A stretch of 64,000 nt of DNA from Lama glama (Eukaryota). Position 1 is the stretch's first letter. Each line of letters starts with the position of its first letter. Shown in pieces: positions 37,986 through 51,158 of this stretch. The DNA lies in NCBI GenBank assembly GCA_028534125.1, contig CM052816.1, positions 69,752,001 through 69,816,000 of the forward strand, in the 5' to 3' direction. The position numbers and the translations under genes were made by a program. A model generated the notes under the pieces. The model was not told the origin of the DNA, made no database searches, and worked only from the letters and a program-made list of their open reading frames with translations.

Positions 37986-40900
37986 TCCTGCCCTACTTTA
38001 AAATATAAGTTTCAGACATGTATTTTGTTTATCAAAACACTCTTTCTTAAACTGTAAACTATTTTCCAGTTTTAGAATTTTTAATTGCAGTTGTAATCTT
38101 TATATCGTAATATTGCTGTAGGCTCACAAGGATGCTTTTTTTGCAAATAACATATTTATAAAAAGGAAGTGGTAAATCACATTATATCAGTTTGGCACTA
38201 AAATGATTAGATAGAAAATTTAACTCTTCAAAGTAACCTAATTGTTGAATAAAAGGAATTTGGGGGATATCAGGACTGAATGGAGGGATATAGACCCTTC
38301 TCCAACTTTGCTATTTCCCTTTGTATTATAATTCTTAGCTGAAAGTAGTTCTTTAAGTTCTCCATTCAGGGAGATCTGTGGAGCCAGGCCTAGTGTGTCA
38401 CATGAAAGATACTTAGTAAAGATTTGTTAGATGAAGTTCAAGTTAAGTAGGACATTGCTGTTGTATTGAACAAAAGCAGAGGATATGCATTTCCATGCTG
38501 GAAGGAGTTTAGAGACTTTTACCCAAGAAACTGTTTCATAGATTCCAGAAGACAGTGTTGGAAAATGGCACCTGTGTTGCCCAAGAGCAGGTGCAAAGTG
38601 AAAACACTGGAGTGAAAGTCAGAAATTAGATTAGTGCTCTTTCCATAAAATTGTTTCCACTTTACAAATAATGCTTTTAAAAAGAAAAATCCTTTTTTCT
38701 ATGCAAGGACCAGTGTAGTCCTAGTAAGAACTATGTTGGAGGCAAACTTTGGCTAATAATGCCTAATTTTCCTGTCTGAGATTTAAGGCCATATATGCGA
38801 AACACTTGACCTGAAGCCCTAACGATGTGTAAATTCTCAGTAATGTAACCTCTTTACATGGCTCCTTAGAGTGGAATATGAGTTTTTAATCACTTTCCAG
38901 GCTGTCAGCATTTGGTGTGATAGGAAAGCTGTTCTGAGGCAAACATGGAATGGTTGGGAAGTGGGGGAGGCAGGGACGTGGTATGTAAGGAGTGGGCAGG
39001 GATCCAGCAAGATATTGGGCTATAGATCATAGAAATGTTATTAGAAAATAATTACCTTATTCTTTTCCTATCATTATAGTAACTGATTCCCTCCAAATAA
39101 TGAGAAATCAGTATACAAATTCTGTGCCTCTGGCATAGGTCTTAAATCCCAAGAGAGAGAAATGTATTTCCAGGTGATGGATGGAAAGAATCCATGTAGC
39201 ATCCTTACTGAAGTAACTGGACCTTCCTTGTCTATTTTCATGCCATCATCCTTTAAATGTGTTATCCAGACTCTAAAGGACCCCCAGCACTAGTTTTCCT
39301 AATATCCAAATAATTCTGCCACTTGGAGGAATGGGAGAGAGCCTCATGTCTTTTGGGATTTAAAAAAAAAATGGTGGATGAGAAGTATACCTTGTGTAGA
39401 GCAGGAAAGTCTCTGGACCAAGTACATACTCAACTACAGATCTGAAATTTAATTATCTTAGATTTTGAAAGTGGAATGCTGTTTGATACCATATGTTCAA
39501 CGTGCATGTGCATAAAGTTAAAAAAAAAGTCCAACACCATCTCAGAACTTGATTGTAACCTTGAAGGAGAACACTTAGTATTTTTAAGGGTTTATCCATC
39601 ATACAAGATTAACATAGTAACAACTGTTGCTTGTGAGTTTGCATCAACAAATAGGCATATTATGATGGATCAGAGACTTTTTGATATGTCCATATGAATT
39701 GTGATTATATAAGCTGATTACTTCATTAAATGAGGACAGCGCAGTAGTACATGGGATATTTGCTCTCACCTTCCCTTGGCTGATGTCTCCACTTCCTCCA
39801 GGTGTCAGTGTGAAAAGAACACAGTGCCCTCTGCCCCTGTCCATCCTCTCACCCTCCCCCTCTCATACTAAAAAGGTCCTCCCCAGCACTTTTCATAGTG
39901 CCTGGACCATCGATAGCACTGACCATGACTGCAGTTAGTTAAGATTTTGTGTAATAAGTTGTCTAAGAAGGGTTTCCCTCAATATACTTCCTGCTTCAAG
40001 AAGTAGTGATATTAGAAAAGAGTATTAAAATACACAAACGTCCCAAATTATTTTCTTGTATAAAAAAAGCTCCGAGAGGTTAAGTGACTTGTACAGGATG
40101 ATCGTGGATCCCAATATCTGGCAAAATGAGGGCTCTGATCAAGCCCCAGTTTTCTTTCTCTACTGCAGCTGCGTCTCTTGAGGACTGGTCTAGTTCAGCA
40201 TACATATAAATATTTATAAACATTATGTCATTGTTCCGAACTAGTAGATCTTACTATTTTGACTGTTTTATGATAGTGGAGCTGCACAGCAAAGTGGACA
40301 TTTGCAAAAGTTCAATCTATTGCCATTTTATATTCCCTCTGCTTTAAAATTTTAATCCTTTGCTAGCAGCAACAAACTTTTATATAAATAAAAAAAAAGC
40401 ATTTTCCTATTGTCATCTAAATGCTTAGCACACCTGGAGTTACTCTTTGTAGACTCTTCTTTCTACTTGCACTGTGAAATCACAGTATGGCTTCTTATTT
40501 GATTGTTTGATCATCTGACACCTAATAATAAAAAAATTCATTGGCCCTGTAATGGAGTTTCTACTTTCTTAATGTTTAAAAACGTTTAGAAATTATTTCA
40601 TTTCTTAAACAAAAATCACAGTAGGATTAAATAAGCATTTCCTTCGGGAGATAAAGATTGAAATTTGAAACTAAATCACTACTAACTTTAGGCCAATAAA
40701 AAAAGTTCTGTGGAGATGATTTTCTTCACATTCATTTTTTTAAATGTGATGCTAAAGCCAGGAAGTGTCATATAAAACAAGCCCAAAGCACTTTTTGTAC
40801 CTAAGCTAAAAATTACTTCTGTGGCCTTTGACATATCAAGGGACTTTGCTATTATAAAGCAAGCATAAGAAGAAATCTTTTCAACCTTCTAAAAATTTAA

Positions 40901-41303
40901 ACATAGAAACTGTTTTTGGTCTAGACAAGGACTCTGATTCTCTCACACAGTTTCCAAAAATCACAGCACAGATTGTCCAAAAAACATTTGTACTAATTGC
41001 TTTGTTTATGAAATTTGAGTTATCATTCCCAAAAGCATGAAATGTAAATGAATTTTTTTCTTTTATCCAATGCCTAAGAGAATAACGCAGTTTTTATATA
41101 TTGGGGCAGTTGGTAAGGGAGAAATAATTGTTATAATTTTAAAGCATAACACTCAAAGGGAAAAGACCCATGGAAAAACTGTAATTTTATCAAGGTACAT
41201 ATATATTTATGTACTGATATTTTTAGTGACCACCATATCAAAAGTATGTAGAGAAGGAGTGAGATTTTCCAAAAAGTTGTATTAAGGTATTCTTGCGTTA
41301 TCT

Positions 41304-41556
41304 AGATCAGCGCTTTTTAAAATGTGGGCTATGGACTAGTACTAATTCACAAAATGTTTGTACCAGTGTGCAGCAAGCTATGTACAGAAATTAAGAGTAA
41401 ATATTTAAGAAACTGATGGCAGCTTGACATTGCTACAGCACCCAAGTGCATGATTTTGTATTCTTACAAAAGCATAGCTTGATCTATGATGCATTAGAAA
41501 ACAAATACAAAATAAATCAGGTCCTTCTTCACATGTGGTATTAGAAGCTCTGAGGT
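41304..41556. mobile_element. hAT-Charlie/MER-type DNA transposon relic
   Basis: Starts 'tagatcagcgctttttaaaatgtggg' and ends 'ttagaagctctg', degenerate terminal inverted repeats. Confidence 0.55.
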
Positions 41557-41903
41557 AGTTCGGGGTCCACAAACTTTTTCTGAGAAGAGTCAGATAGCAA
41601 ATATTTTAGGCTTTGCGGGCCATCCTCTCAGCCCAACTACTCAACTCTGCTGCACACAAGTGCCAGAGGAGACAATATTAATCAGATGAATGTGACTGTG
41701 TGCCAATTAAACTTTATTTATAGACATTGAGTTTTGAATTACATCTTATTTTCACCTGTCAAAAAATACAATTATTATTTTTATTTTTCCCCCCTTAACC
41801 ACTTAAAAGTCTACACACCATTCTTAGCTCCTGTGGACTACACAAAAGTAGGCAATGGGTTGAATTTGGACCTCGGACCCAGCTTGCTGATGCTTGAGCT
41901 AGA
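41557..41903. mobile_element. MER58B-like hAT relic
   Basis: 'caaactttttctg...cagatagcaaatattttaggctttgcgggcca...caactactcaactctgc...ccaattaaactttattta...gaatttggacc'. Confidence 0.85.
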
Positions 41904-42660
41904 TCACCAGTCCAGCAGTCTTCCATGGTAGATGCTGTCATTTCCCTGTCTCAATGATTTTAATTGCTACTTACTTTTACTCTGCAGTTTGGGTTATTAT
42001 TCAAGAATACCTTACAGCACTCATAATACTTAGAACATTATGTTTAATAAAGTCAAAAAGGAACTTGTTCCAAGTATCACTATGGGAATAAATTTTGGGA
42101 TTCCCTGTGACCTACTAATTTACATGAACTTTGCTTAAAAGATTAGTCAATCCAAGAAGAGTGGGATGGAAGATCTCTTGATTGGGTGCATAAGTATGAT
42201 AGTGGATTATTTTAATTTGTTGCTGGGAATGGATGAGGATAGAGTGTTTAAATTCTGCTTCATTCTTATCCTAAAATGGACAAATAATCTGTTTTGATGA
42301 TCATCAAATGACGGAAAGCTGTGAGTAGATTGTGTGAATTTAGGATCCAAAATAGAGACCTGCTCAGATTGCCCCACTTTGTCTCAGCTCCATTTTTGTC
42401 TCATACTGTTAAACTCAAACCTGGATTCTAGCTGCTCCCACAGCAGACCAGCTACCATAAGGCCATCTATTTCTTGTCTCAGAAATCTCTGCTTGACTCA
42501 TTAGAAGTGGTTTGTCCCTGACTGTCTTGAGCACCAGTACTTTTACATACTTTTATTACTTGGTTGATCTTTTACATAATCATCAAATTATAACATTCTT
42601 GTTGTATGGTATTATGGTTTTACATATTAATTTTCCACATTATCATAGCACATTAAAAAA

Positions 42661-42812
42661 TTTTTGTTTGTTTTTGGTGGGGGAGGTAATTAAGTTTATT
42701 TTATTTGTTCTATTTATTTTATTTCTTTGTTCTATTTTAATGGAGATACTGGAGATTGAACCTGGGACCTCTTGCATGCTAAGCACACACTCTACGAGCT
42801 ACACCCTTCCTC
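42661..42812 (-). mobile_element. tRNA-Ala-derived SINE (vic-1-like), long form
   Basis: 'gggggaggtaattaagtttatt' extension plus reverse tRNA head; flanking direct repeat TAGCAC(A/C)TT. Confidence 0.9.
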
Positions 42813-44383
42813 TTAACTTAGCACCTTTTTCTCTACTTCATTTAAAAAAAGTTTGCCATCAAATATCTGCATGTGAACTAACCAAGCCATTCTGAAACAT
42901 GTCCACACTGAGCAAAGACACTTATTTTATTTATTATTCATTTGTTAGTGTTTAGTTCTAACTTCAATTTGGGTTTTTGGGGTTTTTTTTTCACTCTTCA
43001 CATATGCAGAGGTCTTTCAGGAAGAGAGTTACTTGTCGTATTTCAAACCTGGGAAAATCTTTTATCAGGTTGATAAAGTTCAGTGTCTTGAGCTAACAGG
43101 GCAGAATCTCCAATAAGAGTGTCTGTTCCTTTTTTTGTTCTCTTTCAAAATATAAGAGGTTAACTTTGTACACATGCAATGGCATTTTTGGATTAAGTCA
43201 AGTCCTCCAAAAAAGTGAGAACTCTGAGACAAACCAGTATTCAAGGAGACATGTCCTTGGAACAGGAGCAAGACCATTAATGCTGTATTTGGAGTAAAGT
43301 GTGTTTGATCTTACACATGCTGTCTTCCATGTTTGAGTTTTAAGTGAGGAAGAAACGACACCTCCTAAGATTTGAGAACAAACTGAGAGAGTTGGTTCCC
43401 TAATTGTGTTATAAATCCATAAAAAGATCCATTTTGAAATCCAGCAACTTTTAAAATAGGCACTTTGCTGTTTTTTCACTTGAAAATCAAAATCATACTG
43501 TTATAAGTGCTTTCTTCATCAGTCATATTTAATTACATAATGTCTTATTCTTTATTATTTTAGTGTATTCAGGGATTTAAAAAATGCCTATTCTGTAGCA
43601 ATTTGTATATTGAGTCTAGTTCTGGTTACCTAGCCAGTTTATAAACACATGTAGTAGAGGGCACTGATCTACTTAGAAATTGAGTCCCTTACACATGCTG
43701 TATCCAGTGGGAATTAAATTGTTAAATTGTTATTTTACATACACTGAGTTATTCTTCCAGTGAGTATTTATCAAAAACCTATGTGGGAGGCAGTACGTAG
43801 CTTTTGCCTTATTTAGCAAGCTTTTTAGGATTATAAAATTTTTTTTCGCTTTGAGTATTACTTGCAACCAGAGACACTTCTAAACTTAAAGAAAACCTTA
43901 AAAAAAAAAAAAAGAGTCAATTCTCTTCAGAATGGCAGTAAAAGATAATGGTGTGTGTGTGTGCTTGTGTGTAAAAGTCTGAGTTCCAAGCCCTGTGCAC
44001 TTAAGTTCTGGTAACATGTCTCATTAAAGCCTTTAGCCCAGCACTTCTCAATGAATAGAGTTCTGATCCATGGGAGAGAGTGATGAATGGATTGTGGCTT
44101 GCTTGTTCAGAATATCACCTACTCTGTGCTTCTAGAAAAGTATTTTAGCAAGTGTGTGACTCTTAGTTAATGAAAAAGGTTAAAATATGTAAAAAACAAA
44201 TTACCGTTATTGTTCTCTTAATTTAAATTTATCCACTTGAAAGTGAGGACAACTATTTCAGTAACCACAGCTACTTTGGAAATCTATTAGATAAAGGCTC
44301 CCACAGTACAGACTAATAGTTTTGTGTTATCAGATTGCTTCCAGATTCCTCTTTTATATTCACTGAATAAGAAAGAGTGGTTT

Positions 44384-44476
44384 GGGGGCTGTGGTATAGC
44401 TGAGGTAGAGCACATGCTTAGCAGGCACGAGGTCCTAGTTTCAAATCCTTAGCACCTCCATTAAAGAAAAAAAAAA
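44384..44476 (+). mobile_element. tRNA-Ala-derived SINE (vic-1-like), short form, diverged
   Basis: 'ggtatagctgaggtagagcacatgcttagcaggcacgaggtcctagtttcaa' plus A tail; TSD AAA(G/T)AGTGGT. Confidence 0.88.
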
Positions 44477-46509
44477 TAGTGGTGTATAGGACCAAATTTC
44501 TAATGCTTCTCTCCAAGAGACCACCATTAGGCAAATTCTAGCTCTTCAAGTCACAGATTAGGTATCAGGGCAAAGTTTACAAAACCTATCAGCTTCCATT
44601 TACTGTTTACTTGGTTAGGGAGTCTCCTGTGAGGCCAAAGGAACCATAATACACTGTTTTTACATAACTGATGATAAAAGTTAATCAGGGAAAAGTTTAC
44701 TAATATTTGTTAAGGGACCTACTGTTACGTTTTAGTTGTTCTGTGTTAAACACGATTGGTTTGTCATCTGTTCTCCATTCCTGAAATGCCCTCATCTCTG
44801 TGTCATGATCTTATGCACACTCACTGTTATTGTCTCAAGTTTCCAGGGAGGTTGGTATGTCACTGATTCTTTCACCTGTGCTTATTCTGCTTTTCTAATT
44901 TCTTAGTTGTGAGATCATTTTGTTCATTGTTTCCTTACTTCTGCAGCCTTCCTTTTTATCTCATTCTTTCAACTTATTACTAATGTCTCATTTAATTCGT
45001 ATTTTCTTTAGTCCTGTTGTATAATATCCTCATGGAGATTTTTTGCGGGGTGGAGCACTTTATTTTCTTCCAAAGTGGATTATTGCTTCATCCCCACCCC
45101 TCCCTCCTTGCCTCATTCTTTCTTTGCTCCGATGGTCCTGCTTAGTTGTCCTGCTCTTTCTTCTTGGTTAGATGTCAGTTTCATTTGAACAGTTCAGTTA
45201 ACAGCTTCTCTTTGCTCTCTAGTGCTGGTGAATTGTTCTCGCTTTCCTTTTTCCTTTCTCTGATGAGACCTTTGTGCCTTGTCCCCTGAGCTTCATTCAG
45301 GTGAGGATTGGAGCCCCCCCGAGGCCACATGCTACGGGAGGGGAAGCGTGAGTTGAACTGGGGCTTGTGCAATTAGTTGTAGAATCTGGACTGGGCTCTT
45401 CCTCAGTCATCGTGAAATGCCCCACATTGAGGTTTGCTCTACATACTCACAGATGCATCTCTTTGGAGGAGAGGGGATATGGGGGATTTTCCTCTCAGGC
45501 TTTGGATTAGTCCTCCAATTCAAGGAGGTGACGGCACCGAGATCAGCCCCTGGTGTTTCCTTCTCTTGCCAAACCCTGCTTATCTCCAACAGGTGTCTCG
45601 CTTTCCCAGCTAATAGCGAGAAGGGAACACTTGTGTTCTTTAGCAGTGAGTCTACAGCAGAGGAAGGAACTTCACCTGGGCTGCTTCTACCCTCATCCTC
45701 TGCCCGCCCTCAACACACACCCTTCTTCAGATCTTCTTTTTCCTTCTCTTTGGCAAACCCCTTGTTTATTGCTTAAGATACAATAAATTCTGATATAGGC
45801 TAGTGCACCCATGTTAAGACAAACTCAGATTCAACACAATTGGCAGTTGGCTATCCTCTTTCCTTCATCCCAGCCCTTGTCTTTATTTTGTTAACGTCAC
45901 AGTAATGAGATCCCAGGTACATGATTGAATTTGTTAGACTCCTCCATGTAGTGTTGTAATGAAGTTGGGCTATAATTAATTAGCTTTACTGTATGATGAC
46001 TCATGTCCCTTTTCTTCTCCTCCTTTTCTCTCAGGCATGGAAAACTGAAATGGTGAGCCCTGATTTACTCTCCTGTGTCTCAGGAGATCCTGTGATAGCA
46101 GGGAGGAGTGTTCACTCTAGCTGGATTTTTCCATCTTTCCCCCAGGTTGTCTAAATACCACTTCAGATCTATTTTCCCTCAGCTGGGCCAGTTGATGATA
46201 GTTTAGGGGATTTTGTCCACCTACCTTTCCCATCTCCAACCTAATCCTTTATTTTCTTGGAATCTTTCTATTCCTGAGCACCACTTTTTAAAATGATAGT
46301 GTGGTGGTCTTCCTCACTGGGCTGATTTCTGCTAACAGATTTTTCTTTTTTTTTTTCTTAATAGTGATTTTAAATTGATTTCATTATGCTTTAGGGGAAA
46401 GATTCTATAATCTGACTTTACTCTGCCACCTTAGCCTAGAAGTTCTGTTTCTAGGGACTTCTCATTTATTATCGTATTTAATCTTCATAGCACTTCTTCA
46501 ATGTATGAT

Positions 46510-46780
46510 AGCTGATAGTATCTCTAATCCACGCATGAGGACACAGAGTTTCAAAGAGTAAGTCTTCCCAGTGTCGCACGGCCAAGGATTGTAGATCAAG
46601 GTCATGTGCAAACTTGTCTGTCTTAAAACCTGTGGTCTTCCCACTTCCACACGCGGCCTCTTCGTACTGCTGTCCGATGCTGAGAATATCAGCAACCCTT
46701 CTCTGGGCTTTAGTTACTTCATCTACAAAATGAGGGAGCCGGCCTGCAAGGTCCTCCCCAGCTCTGAACCTCTATGTTTA
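46510..46780. mobile_element. Two MIR fragments in opposite orientation
   Basis: 'atgaggacacagag...cccagtgtcgcacggcc' (minus) then 'cttctctgggctttagttacttcatctacaaaatgaggg' (plus). Confidence 0.55.
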
Positions 46781-47384
46781 TGGTTAGTGGAATGAGAAGA
46801 CTACATTTTACTTTAATGTAAATTTATTTGACTTTACATTGAATAGGAATGGCCGTATATTTCAAGTTTAAATATATATTTACATATTTCTGCAGTCAGG
46901 AATTTTAGACTATATAAACCTTTTTGTTTTCTCAACTCATTTTTCAGGTGCTTTGGAATTTCACTGCTGTTCTTTTGAACATATGGTGTTGGCAATAGTG
47001 AGGTTGGAAATTTTTATTCAGATGTTCGTCTCTTTTCCGCCTCTATTATTTTGTCTCTGTTTAACACTTTTTGGAGGGCTGAGAATGCCTGAATCAGAAG
47101 TAAAGTGTGAGGCAGTGAAGCAAAGTGAAATTAAATAATCCATTTGGCGATTAAACCCTCAATCTTGACCTAAACAAACTGAAGTAACTAAGCAAAGATT
47201 ACATTAAGGAGCCTCCAGATCACTGGTTCTAAGAGTTTACCATCTACAAGATCAGCTGGCTAATGTCGGCGTATGTCTGGCCCTCGTGCGCGCACTAAGT
47301 GGACCGCAAGCGTGTCGGTGTTCACAGCTGCAGAGTGATAGTGGTGCAGAAGCGGGGCTGCCAGTGGACGTGCTTTTTCTCAGC

Positions 47385-47600
47385 TTCATTCTGTTCATTT
47401 GATATTCTTTGAGCACCTTATATTTGCCAGACACTTTGCTGGGCCTTAGGTATACAGTAATGACCAAAAGAAATGGTACCTGAGCTGAGCTGATGGATTT
47501 CTAGTAGGTGAATGAGAAAATGTAAAAGTCTAGAAGAATACAAATAAGCACAGAAATCAAGAAAAGAATGTGGTCCTGGGCTGGAAAATAGCTGAGAGGG
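47385..47600 (-). mobile_element. L2 3' end
   Basis: 'ttcattctgttcatttgatattctttgagcacctta..tgccagacactttgctggg'. Confidence 0.7.
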
Positions 47601-47769
47601 CAGCGGGGAGCTATTCACTGGATGATGAGGTCATTTCTTTATTTCATCCCTGACCTCATATATTCCAAATCTCTTGCTCAAACTATTTGACCACTCCCTT
47701 CTGGACTTCTCCTAAAGCCTCGTATCTAGTCTGTCTGCCTGTGGACTTGATAATATTTTAAAACTCCTT

Positions 47770-49180
47770 TTAGTTAAAACCCAAGTGTCTGTTCAAGGCC
47801 TGCTATGTCTGGCTCTGTGCCAGGCCTGGAGGTGTTTACCATGTGGGTGGAAGTTACTGTGAGAGCCCTGCAAGGACCTCTGCTCATTCTCCATCCATCT
47901 CCCTGCGCCCCACCCTTCCTCACGACCTTTATCTCCCTGCAGAGCATGGAACCAGGAGTCGGGGTCGCTGTCTTCCTTTTTGTTACTGCCACTCCCGGAG
48001 CATCTCTTTTCCAGTTAAAAATCCCACTTTCTTTGCATTAGAAGCCACCCATACACACTTGCCATCTTTTGCCATCTTTTGTTCTTGGAAACTCCAGGTT
48101 GAAAGTTCACTCAGCTCCCTGGACTCTGAGTTCCTTAAGCCCCTTCCTTCTAAGTCGTTACTTCCCTGGACCTCGGCCATCCTCCCTGAGGCCATTCTCT
48201 TCCAGACCTTTCATTAGGAGTTAGCCACCCCACCTCCAAAATCTCATTTTCAAGTGCTATAGCTTGGGCCATCACTTCTAATCTTTTCAGCTCGCTTACT
48301 CACATCTGCTTGTGAATAGCCGAGCCTGACAGGAGGAAACAACCGACCACAGTCCCAACTGGCCTCTCGTTAAACTGATAGTCAGAAGGCTCAAGTGGCC
48401 CCCCACCTCCCAGCAATCTTGCTGCGTTTCCCTGGTCAGTCCTCAGGGGAGGACTCCTTCATCCATTCTCCTCCCGTCACACACCTCCAGCATTCCCTCC
48501 CACTTCACAGCGAATGACCTCGCTTCTTATTTCGCTGAGAAGATAAGAACCATCAGAAAAGAGCCTTCATCTTCCCATGTCCAAATTTACTAGCCTGCTT
48601 TCCCCACTACTTTTCTGTGGGTCCCCCTTTCACCTTCTGAGGCTGCCCTTTCTTTCTGACATTGCTAGTTTTATCTCCTCTCTAGTGGATCATTCCAGTC
48701 GGGATATAAACATGCTATTACATGGCCTATTAAGTTTTTTAACTCTTTCTTTCCTGTCCCTCTCCCTCTCCTCGAGCCAGCTCCTCTCTTGATTCTTCAC
48801 TCACAGTAAAACCCCCGGGGAGAATATTTACTGTGTATTTGCTGCCTCCATTTCCTCACCTCTCACCCCACTTCAAGCCCCACTAATCGGTCTTCTCATG
48901 ACTGGACTCCTGAGTGGTCCACAGAGGATCCATCCTTTCCTGAAGCACCGTCTTCCCCTCTCCATGCTGGGATGCAGACTTCCATCCTTGGACCTTTTCT
49001 CCATGTACACTCACATCCTAGGTGATCGCATCTTTCCTGTGATTTTAAACACTCTGAGGAGTCCAACATTTATGTCTCTGGTTAAACCTCTCCACTGAGA
49101 GACTGTTCCCATGCTTCCTCAGTGTCCCCACTAGTATGTCTGGGGGCATGTTACATTTAAGGCCCCAGCTCAAACCCAAT
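47770..49180 (+). mobile_element. L2 LINE internal fragment
   Basis: Long pyrimidine-rich decayed tract with L2-like segments 'gcttcttatttcgctgagaagataagaaccatcaga', 'tgctgcctccatttcctcacctctca' and 'cactcacatcctaggtgatcgcatc'. Confidence 0.7.
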
Positions 49181-50883
49181 TCCTAAAGTTGGCCTGCTGT
49201 TATCTAGTAGTTCACATGTGAAGTAGACTTGGATTCTGCATGTTCCTTTTATGGAGAATTTATCCATGTAGAGATTCATTCTGCCAGAGCCACTGGAGTT
49301 GTTATTTCTGGTGTGTTTTTTTTTTTGGTAAAACCAGAAATGGGCATCACTTACCTTCATGTACTTGGTGAAAATCCTTGAAAAACGTTTTTGACTCATA
49401 AGAAAACAGTTTAAACCCAATAATCCTTGCTTCATTTATTTTTAATGACAAGCCCCTTCTGCAGGGATTTTCTGCATGAACTTAACTGACCTCCTTTAAA
49501 AAGAAAACTCCACCTCTGATGAGGAAATTTATTTGTTGCATTCTGTCCTTCTCTGAGAACAGTAAGTTTTCCACATATTTCTGTATACATAAGCCTTTTT
49601 TAAAAGGATTGTGGGCACATTTTATTGCGAATTTGGCCATGGCTTAATGAAGTGCAATGTTAGATTTCTTCATATTTTAAATATTTTCTTTAAAAAAAAT
49701 CATACAAAGTAAAAGGAAAGGAGAAGAAAAGAATGACTAATGCTTTGGTTTAACAAGTAAATAACATTGTGAAATAAACCCGTGAGGTTTTGTAAGGTAA
49801 AAATCTGTCCGATCCACTCATTATTATGAAAATAAGTAGTAAAATACTCATCTCACAGGCAGTTCAAAGGAAACCCATTGACTAAACTTGGTAATTAATC
49901 GGTAAGCTTTAATGAGCAATATAATAAACTTTTTTCTTGTAAAAGCCTGACCTAGTACAATTTTCGATGAAACAGTTTGCTTTTACAGAACAATTAAACT
50001 ACAAAGACATCTTGAGAATTAAGTCAGCTGCATGATGTGATTATTAAACTATTTGCTGTTAGATGTACATTCAAATTATCAGAAGTTCAAAAGAATTGAC
50101 ATCACATTAGAAATGCTTCTTCTGTTTTCCATATTGGACAGAAAAGTTGCAGAAGTTATGGGCATACATGAAGTGTGTGTATTTCTCTCTTTCCTTTTTT
50201 TTTTTTAATTCATCATTGTTCTCTGTTAAATGTAAAAGCATGACGTTGAACTCCTGTGTCTATAAAAGTTAAGAAATAACCTATGGGCATTTAATGATAC
50301 TAGACCGTGTATAATGAATGAACTCCTGTTTACTTCATTTCATACTGAGGAAAAAGTCTTCAAAACTGCGTATGTAACACTGATCAGAGTAGCTGCCTTT
50401 TTCTCAACCATCTTTGGCACTTTGATTCTACCCCTGATCAAATAAATCAAAGTTTGATTTTATTAAATTGCTCCAAGGTAGAGAAAAGTTCATGGATTTT
50501 TTTTTTTTCTTTCATCATGCAAGCCTGCTTTGTATGTCCCTAAGGGAATTAAGCAGTACTGTAGCACAAGTTGGTCTGGCTTTAAAAATTAAGGCCTTTA
50601 GTTGTTTTATTTTCAAGCAAAAATGAAAATGTTCTTTTTTCTGGATAAATCTCTGGGTAACATATCTAAATTACAGATTGCTATGCACACTTGTTAGAAT
50701 CATATAGTGCTTAATTTTAGTATTTTATGGTTATTAACCCATAGACTTCAAATGTAAGGGAATCATGAGTGATACAGTACCTAACCTTCTATTTGCAGAA
50801 CTGAATATTACGGCTGAATATTTTCCTCAGTCTGAAAACCATGCTGGCTCCCTGCCCATCATTTGTGTTATTAAAATTCCTTC

Positions 50884-51057
50884 ATAAAATAGATAAGCAA
50901 CTAGGATTTACTGTATAGCACAGGGAACTATATTCAGTATCTTGTAATAACTTATAATGGAAAATAACCTGAAATATATATATATAAGTGAATCACTTTG
51001 CTGTACACCTGAAACTAACACAATATTGTAAACCAGCTATACTTCAATTTAAAAAAG
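50884..51057 (+). mobile_element. LINE-1 3' UTR fragment
   Basis: 'aaaatagataagcaac...ctgtatagcacagggaactatattcagtatcttgtaataac...ctgtacacctgaaactaacacaatattgtaaa...ctatacttcaat'. Confidence 0.9.
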
Positions 51058-51065
51058 TAATTCCA

Positions 51066-51158
51066 GGGGGAAGGGTATAGTTCAGTGATAGAGTGCATGC
51101 TTAGCATGCGTGAGGTCCTGGTTTCAATCCGCAGTACCTCCATTAAAATTTTTTTTTT
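51066..51158 (+). mobile_element. tRNA-Ala-derived SINE (vic-1-like), short form
   Basis: 'gggggaagggtatagttcagtgatagagtgcatgcttagcatgcgtgaggtcctggtttcaatcc'; flanked by TAATTCC. Confidence 0.9.

Noticed and set aside
41551..41570. let-7-like seed TGAGGTAG
   Set aside because: The match ends shortly after the seed, there is no hairpin, and it sits at a junction of two DNA-transposon relics.
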